NCBI GenBank assembly: GCA_046483495.1
Contig: JAWODC010000055.1
Span: 1 to 10,864, forward strand
Source of the DNA: Desulfobacterales bacterium
Lineage (GTDB): Bacteria > Desulfobacterota > Desulfobacteria > Desulfobacterales > UBA5616
Reading direction: 5' to 3'
Length of the DNA stretch: 10,864 bases
The notes beneath the pieces are model-generated. The model saw nothing but the letters and a program-made list of their open reading frames with translations, had not been told where the DNA came from and did not search any database. Shown one piece after another: positions 6,404 to 10,864 of the stretch. Position 1 is the first letter of the stretch. Every line of letters starts with the position of its first letter. A program made the translations under genes and the position numbers.

Positions 6404-7690
6404 TTACCTCTGCGGCGGTTTCAGCATCAGGGAAAACACGACCCCCAGGAACAGTGTCAGGGATAAACACAAAAACACCAGGTTGTAATCGCCGGTTCGC
6501 TCGGCAATGTAGCCGCCCGCCACCGGAACCACCGCAGCGAATATAATCAGGATCGGCCCGATAACAGCACCGATATTAGCGAAGGCATCCGGGCCGAAAT
6601 AATTGCCGATCATGACCGATAGGATGACTATCAGGCTGCCGAAGCAGAATCCGAACACCGGGGCTGTGACCATAAGCCAAGTGATACTCCCGGCGCTCCA
6701 AATGCCCAGGAATGTGATGAACAACAGAAGCATGGATGTAAAAATGATCCAGCGGGGCTCTATCCGGTCACCGATCCAGCCGATGGAAAATCGGGCAACT
6801 CCGCTGGCAAATATCAGAATGCTCAGAAAAGTTGCGGACTGCATCTGGGTATATCCCTTGTCCATTAAATGAAGAACGCCATGGGATATGACCAGGACTA
6901 TGGCCATCGTATACGTGCCCCCGACGATCACGGTGCACCAAAGCACCGGTTTTTTGATAATGTCGCGCAAGCCCCAGATTTCTGCGGTTCTGTAGGTTCG
7001 AGCAGATTTTTTCAGGACGTTGGCACGCTCCGTATCGTTCGGGTTTATCCCGTCCGGGTGCTGCCCTACATCGGATGGTTTGTTTTTCAGCCGGAATGAA
7101 ATCATCATCGCCAGGATGCTGAAGGCGGCCGCGGCAAGCCAGGCTATTCTCCAGGACTGAACCCGATTCATCATAAACGTGAAAAGCGGTTGAGCTACAA
7201 ATCCCCCCATGGCGCCGGCCGACATCACAATGCCGAGAACCGTGGCCCGCTTCACGTTAAACCAATGCATGACCGTTGTCTGAACCGGCAGCAGACCGGT
7301 GAATCCATTTCCGACGGCAATAAAAACCCCCCATATGAGAATCCATTGCCATATTTCATTCACTTTAATTCCGAGAAGGAGAAGACCGGTGATCATAAAT
7401 GCCAGTCCGACATGTATGGTTTTCTTGGCGCCGATTTTGTTGATGGAGACGGCGATAACAGGCGACAGAAAGCCGGTCAGCACGGCATTCAAGCTGTATG
7501 CAATCGAGGCTTGTCCCCGTCCCCATCGCATATCCAGGATCATCTCAGGGAAGATGACCGCGTAACCCAAATTCACGATCCCCATCAGCGCAAAAATCGT
7601 AAACAAGATGCCGGTGTTGATCCAACCATAGAATGGGCGGGTTTCCCGGGCGGGAATAATCATGGCGCCACCTGTATTTAAGAGTGACAA
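6404..7690 (-). CDS. MFS transporter (OFA/monocarboxylate-porter-like; substrate unknown)
   Basis: About 12 hydrophobic segments, N-terminal FYGW, WF.vKRAT.LG, and GWIGDRIEPR (an MFS motif A-like loop). The start could be TTG 7690 or ATG 7663. Confidence 0.92.
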   Translation of the reverse strand: MSLLNTGGAMIIPARETRPFYGWINTGILFTIFALMGIVNLGYAVIFPEMILDMRWGRGQASIAYSLNAVLTGFLSPVIAVSINKIGAKKTIHVGLAFMITGLLLLGIKVNEIWQWILIWGVFIAVGNGFTGLLPVQTTVMHWFNVKRATVLGIVMSAGAMGGFVAQPLFTFMMNRVQSWRIAWLAAAAFSILAMMISFRLKNKPSDVGQHPDGINPNDTERANVLKKSARTYRTAEIWGLRDIIKKPVLWCTVIVGGTYTMAIVLVISHGVLHLMDKGYTQMQSATFLSILIFASGVARFSIGWIGDRIEPRWIIFTSMLLLFITFLGIWSAGSITWLMVTAPVFGFCFGSLIVILSVMIGNYFGPDAFANIGAVIGPILIIFAAVVPVAGGYIAERTGDYNLVFLCLSLTLFLGVVFSLMLKPPQR

Positions 7691-8000
7691 ATATCTCCGT
7701 GCAGGCTGTCTGTTTTAATCAGGATGGTCAATAAGATTTGGAACGGCCGATGATTCGGTCAGTATGGAAAATGAAGTTTCCCTCCCGCTTTTAAATGAAA
7801 AGAAATTTATCATTTCCGGATAGACACCTTTAAGCATTCCGAACGGCCGATTTTCTCGATATAATTAACCCTAAACTGCAGTTTTGGTCAACTGAAAATC
7901 GAAAGATCCATGTCTCAGGCCAATCAACGAAATTCCTTCGGTATGATCTTCGTGGTGAGATAACATATAAAGTACCGATCCGGTTTTTTTTTAACCGTGA

Positions 8001-8214
8001 AATCCGTGTATAAAAAAGTGAACAGTGAACAGTGAACGGGCCAGTGGATTGGTTCTATTTTATAAAAAACATTTCAGACCCTGATGAAAACAAAAAGACG
8101 GGTTTCACAGGGTAAACACGGATTTCACTGTTTAAAAAATTACATCGGATCGGTGCTCTATTGTATGTTTCACCATGTTTTTATCTCACTACGAATATTA
8201 CGAGAAGTACGAAT
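8001..8214 (+). repeat. Repeat C copy with three GTGAAC(A) units
   Basis: Near-identical to 4138-4341. The 5' part AATCCGTGTATAAAAAA is shared with the copy starting at 10788. Confidence 0.95.
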
Positions 8215-8324
8215 GGTTTTTATTTTTCTTCGTGTCCTTCGTGCTCCTCATGGTTTTTAAAACAATCTTTTGGTTGTCATACGATTCAGCGAACATGATT
8301 CGCCGCCGCCGATAAACCGCCCCG

Positions 8325-8348
8325 TTTTGAATTTTGAATTTTGAATTT
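8325..8348. repeat. Heptamer tandem array (TTTTGAA)x3
   Basis: Read directly from the sequence. Confidence 0.85.
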
Positions 8349-8387
8349 GTTTAGTGCAGCTTTTTAAAACAGAACCGATCCCTACCA

Positions 8388-8457
8388 AACCCATCACCCC
8401 TCACCCATAACCTATAACCCCTCACCCATAACCTGTTCTTTTACTGTTCACTGTTCA
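8388..8457. repeat. Heptamer arrays: about 7 units of (A/C)ACC(C/T)(A/C)T followed by (CTGTTCA)x2
   Basis: Reads aacccat cacccct cacccat aacctat aacccct cacccat aacctgt, then ctgttca ctgttca overlapping the ligase stop codon. Confidence 0.85.
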
Positions 8458-10742
8458 CCCTTTTTAACCAAATACCGAACAACCCGCCCCCGCAACTCCA
8501 AATCCTCAACCGGCAAAATCCCCAAAACAACCCCATGATCCCCAAAATACCCCGAAACAAAGTCCACACACCGCTTCCACCGGTAAGGCCGCAGCGCCAG
8601 ATACCGCCGAAACAGCCCCTGGAACTTCGCAATTCCCGCCTCCCGCGTCAGCGCCGCAGAACCGCCGGCGGCAGCCTCCTCCGGCAGCAGCCCGGCCCGC
8701 CACACCCAGTACCGCGAGGCCCCGGCAAGGATCGTCCCGTCCCTGGGCGACAAAAAAACGGCCGTGTCGTGGCATTCGTCCGCCAACGGAATCCACACCC
8801 TCAGGTACCGGTACAGGTCGTCGTCCCGGCTGCGGCACGCCGCGGCCAGGGCGTGCCAGTACTTGCCGCGGGCCGGGTTGTTCATCACCGCTGTCTTCAG
8901 CAAGGATACCGCCGCATCGGCATCACCGCCCGATCCCTGCGCCGCCTGCAGGTGATGAACAGCCAGCCGGTACGGGTATTCGGCATTCAGTGGGTTGCGG
9001 GCCATGGCCCGCTCGATGTCCGCCGGCGCAAGGTCCCGGTTGAGGTTGAACGTCGAGTTCTTCTCCGTGGCGCACGCCGCCTCGGCCGCCCAGTGGGCGC
9101 CGGCCGCCCACATCAGCGCACCTGCGCCGGCGATGACGGCCAGGCACACTGCAGGTTTGATCCGCTTCGGCAGCGGCACGCGCGCCGTGCGGTAGAAAAA
9201 CGTCACGCCGTAACCGTGGCCCCGGTGGTGCAGAGCGACAAACCCCAGGCCCAGCACAACGGCCAATGTCAAGGGGTTGGCCGGTGTGTGCATGTTGAAG
9301 TCGACAAGGCTGTGCAGTCCGATGGCGACCATCGCGGCCAATGCGCCGGCCGTGACGCCCACCGCATAGGCGTTGCGCCGCCGCCGCCAGACCCGCGCCA
9401 TCCGGACGAACAGCACGAAAAACGCCGCAAGCATAAGGGCCAGGCCCGGCAGCCCCAACTCGGTGCCCGCCTCCAGCCAGTCGTTGTGGGGATTGCCGTT
9501 GTAGTAGTCGGCCGCCCGGCCGCCGGGCTCGTACTGCGCAAACAGGTCCGGGTTATTGCCCCACCCCACCCCGGTGACCGGGTAGTCCATCAGCATGGGA
9601 ATCAGGCTCCTGGACAGCGCGATCCGGCCGTTCAGCCCCTGGGTCTTTTCGAATTTCTCCAGGGTGGGATCGATGCCCACGGACAGCCCGTACACGAAGG
9701 TGAACAGACAGAAGGCCAGCGACATCAGCCCGATTCCGGCCTGCTTTTTCCGGGAGAGGAAAAGCCCGGCCATCACGAGCATGGCCATACTGATCGACAG
9801 GATGCCGCCCCGGGAGGCGGACAGGAGCAGGGCCACGCCCATGACCACGGCTGCGGCGACAAAGACGATCTTCAGCGGCGCCGCCGATTCGGGCGAAAAC
9901 CGCCCCAGCAGCCGCTGAAACCGGGCCCGGGCTCCGCCCAATCCGGCTTCCATGCGGGTGGTCTTTTTCTTCAGGGTCAGCACGTATCCCCAGGCCATGC
10001 ACAGGGTCATTTCCATGTAGCCGGCGAAGTGGTTGGAGCCGATGAAGGTGCCGGAGGCGTAACGCCCTCCCCCGGCTCGGCTTTGCCACCACAGGACCCT
10101 GGGTGAGAGGGAAAACACCTGGGAGACGGCATACAGGGCCTCGAAGAGGCCCATGGCGATGACGGCCAGGAGGAGGATGTCCATTCGGCGTTTGGTGTTG
10201 ACGGTGTTCAGGACGAGGAAGAACAGGGTCAGGTAGGCCAGGAGTTTGAGTGCTTGCCTTAGGGTGCCGTGAACGTTGTGGGTTATAGGTGATGGTTTAT
10301 GGGTTATGGGGGAGGGGTTTGACTGTGAACGGTGAACAGTGAACAGTGAACGGTTGGTGGATGGGGAACCGTTGGGGCTTTCAGCTTTGAGATTCGAGTT
10401 TTCGACTTCGTTTATTTTTTCGACAATCGCGGCGGCATGGGACTTGAGGGCGGCCGTGTTCGGGGAAATCGCTTCCATCCACGAGAGCGGCATGGGAACG
10501 AGCTGCAGGGCGATGATCGCCGGGATGCCGGCGAGCAGCAGCCCGATCGGGGTCTTTACCCAGGTGAATTCCTTTTTTCCCTTTTCGCAGATTTTGCCGA
10601 GGGCGTATAGGGCCGCCAGGGCGAATATGACGATCTCCACGAAACTGTACGCCCAGACGTGCACTGCTCCGAAAGCGAGCGGGGCGAACATGATGAGGAA
10701 TATTATGCCGGCGAATACTGTTTTTTCTGTGATTTTTGCCAT
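8448..10742 (-). CDS. O-antigen ligase/Wzy_C family membrane protein with C-terminal TPR-like region, 764 aa
   Basis: Multiple TM segments with motifs GTFIGSNHFAGY, SASRGG, PVTGVGWGN, PHNDWLE...ELGLPG and HSLVDFNMHTPAN. The helical tail includes NPLNAEYPYRLA and NPARGKYWHALA. Confidence 0.9.
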   Translation of the reverse strand: MAKITEKTVFAGIIFLIMFAPLAFGAVHVWAYSFVEIVIFALAALYALGKICEKGKKEFTWVKTPIGLLLAGIPAIIALQLVPMPLSWMEAISPNTAALKSHAAAIVEKINEVENSNLKAESPNGSPSTNRSLFTVHRSQSNPSPITHKPSPITHNVHGTLRQALKLLAYLTLFFLVLNTVNTKRRMDILLLAVIAMGLFEALYAVSQVFSLSPRVLWWQSRAGGGRYASGTFIGSNHFAGYMEMTLCMAWGYVLTLKKKTTRMEAGLGGARARFQRLLGRFSPESAAPLKIVFVAAAVVMGVALLLSASRGGILSISMAMLVMAGLFLSRKKQAGIGLMSLAFCLFTFVYGLSVGIDPTLEKFEKTQGLNGRIALSRSLIPMLMDYPVTGVGWGNNPDLFAQYEPGGRAADYYNGNPHNDWLEAGTELGLPGLALMLAAFFVLFVRMARVWRRRRNAYAVGVTAGALAAMVAIGLHSLVDFNMHTPANPLTLAVVLGLGFVALHHRGHGYGVTFFYRTARVPLPKRIKPAVCLAVIAGAGALMWAAGAHWAAEAACATEKNSTFNLNRDLAPADIERAMARNPLNAEYPYRLAVHHLQAAQGSGGDADAAVSLLKTAVMNNPARGKYWHALAAACRSRDDDLYRYLRVWIPLADECHDTAVFLSPRDGTILAGASRYWVWRAGLLPEEAAAGGSAALTREAGIAKFQGLFRRYLALRPYRWKRCVDFVSGYFGDHGVVLGILPVEDLELRGRVVRYLVKKGEQ
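10279..10351. repeat. Heptamer arrays inside the ligase-like CDS, in frame
   Basis: (TTATGGG)-type units at 10279-10320 and four GTGAAC(A/G) units at 10325-10351, translated as RSLFTVHRSQSNPSPITHKPSPITH. Confidence 0.85.
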
Positions 10743-10787
10743 TTTTCTATCGAGTGATGGACATTGCTGCTGCGTGCGTTGCCTTGC

Positions 10788-10864
10788 AATCCGTGTATAA
10801 AAAAAGTGAACAGTGAACAGTGAACAGTGAACGGGCCAGTGGATTGGTTCTATTTTAGAAAAAA
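10788..10864 (+). repeat. Repeat C, third direct copy, truncated by window edge
   Basis: AATCCGTGTATAAAAAAA, four GTGAAC(A) units, then GGGCCAGTGGATTGGTTCTATTTTA. Confidence 0.92.

Noticed and set aside
7907..7923. Sigma54 promoter-like TTGGCCTGAGACATGGA on the - strand
   Set aside because: It has GG rather than the required GC at -12.
8535..10106. 523-aa + strand ORF
   Set aside because: Antisense shadow of the GC-rich ligase-like gene. It is Arg/Pro/Gly-rich with no recognisable motifs.
4138..10864. CRISPR array or integron attC interpretation of the repeats
   Set aside because: There is no regular repeat-spacer period, no cas or integrase gene, and no consistent RYYYAAC...GTTRRRY boundaries. 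Genes are in mixed orientation.

Overview
The window probably comes from a Desulfobacterales-like anaerobe; this is an inference from gene types only. Two minus-strand surface-polysaccharide genes bracket it: an O-antigen ligase/Wzy_C-like membrane protein (8448-10742) and a DegT/DnrJ/EryC1/StrS aminotransferase (start 166, runs off the left edge). About 8.3 kb of unrelated material lies between them: a complete IS110-family element, a GAF-AAA+ sigma54 activator, a 4Fe-4S protein and an MFS transporter. Most intergenic gaps are mosaics of shared short repeat modules. The strongest signal is the IS110 element (237-2010), which can be decoded by eye. A CT(T) core is duplicated at both ends. The upstream non-coding end folds into a bridge-RNA-like two-loop structure whose four guide segments match the reconstructed target (TCGTG-CT-TCGTG) and the circle-junction donor (GGATTAA-CT-TGTA). 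A 17-bp-spaced sigma70-like promoter forms only on circularisation, and an unoccupied target copy is present at 6322-6349. The repeat system is the second signal. It includes a 27-bp-TIR MITE-like unit, a duplicated 3' end of the ligase gene, heptamer arrays that supply stop codons or sit in frame inside a gene, and strong local strand skew beside those arrays.
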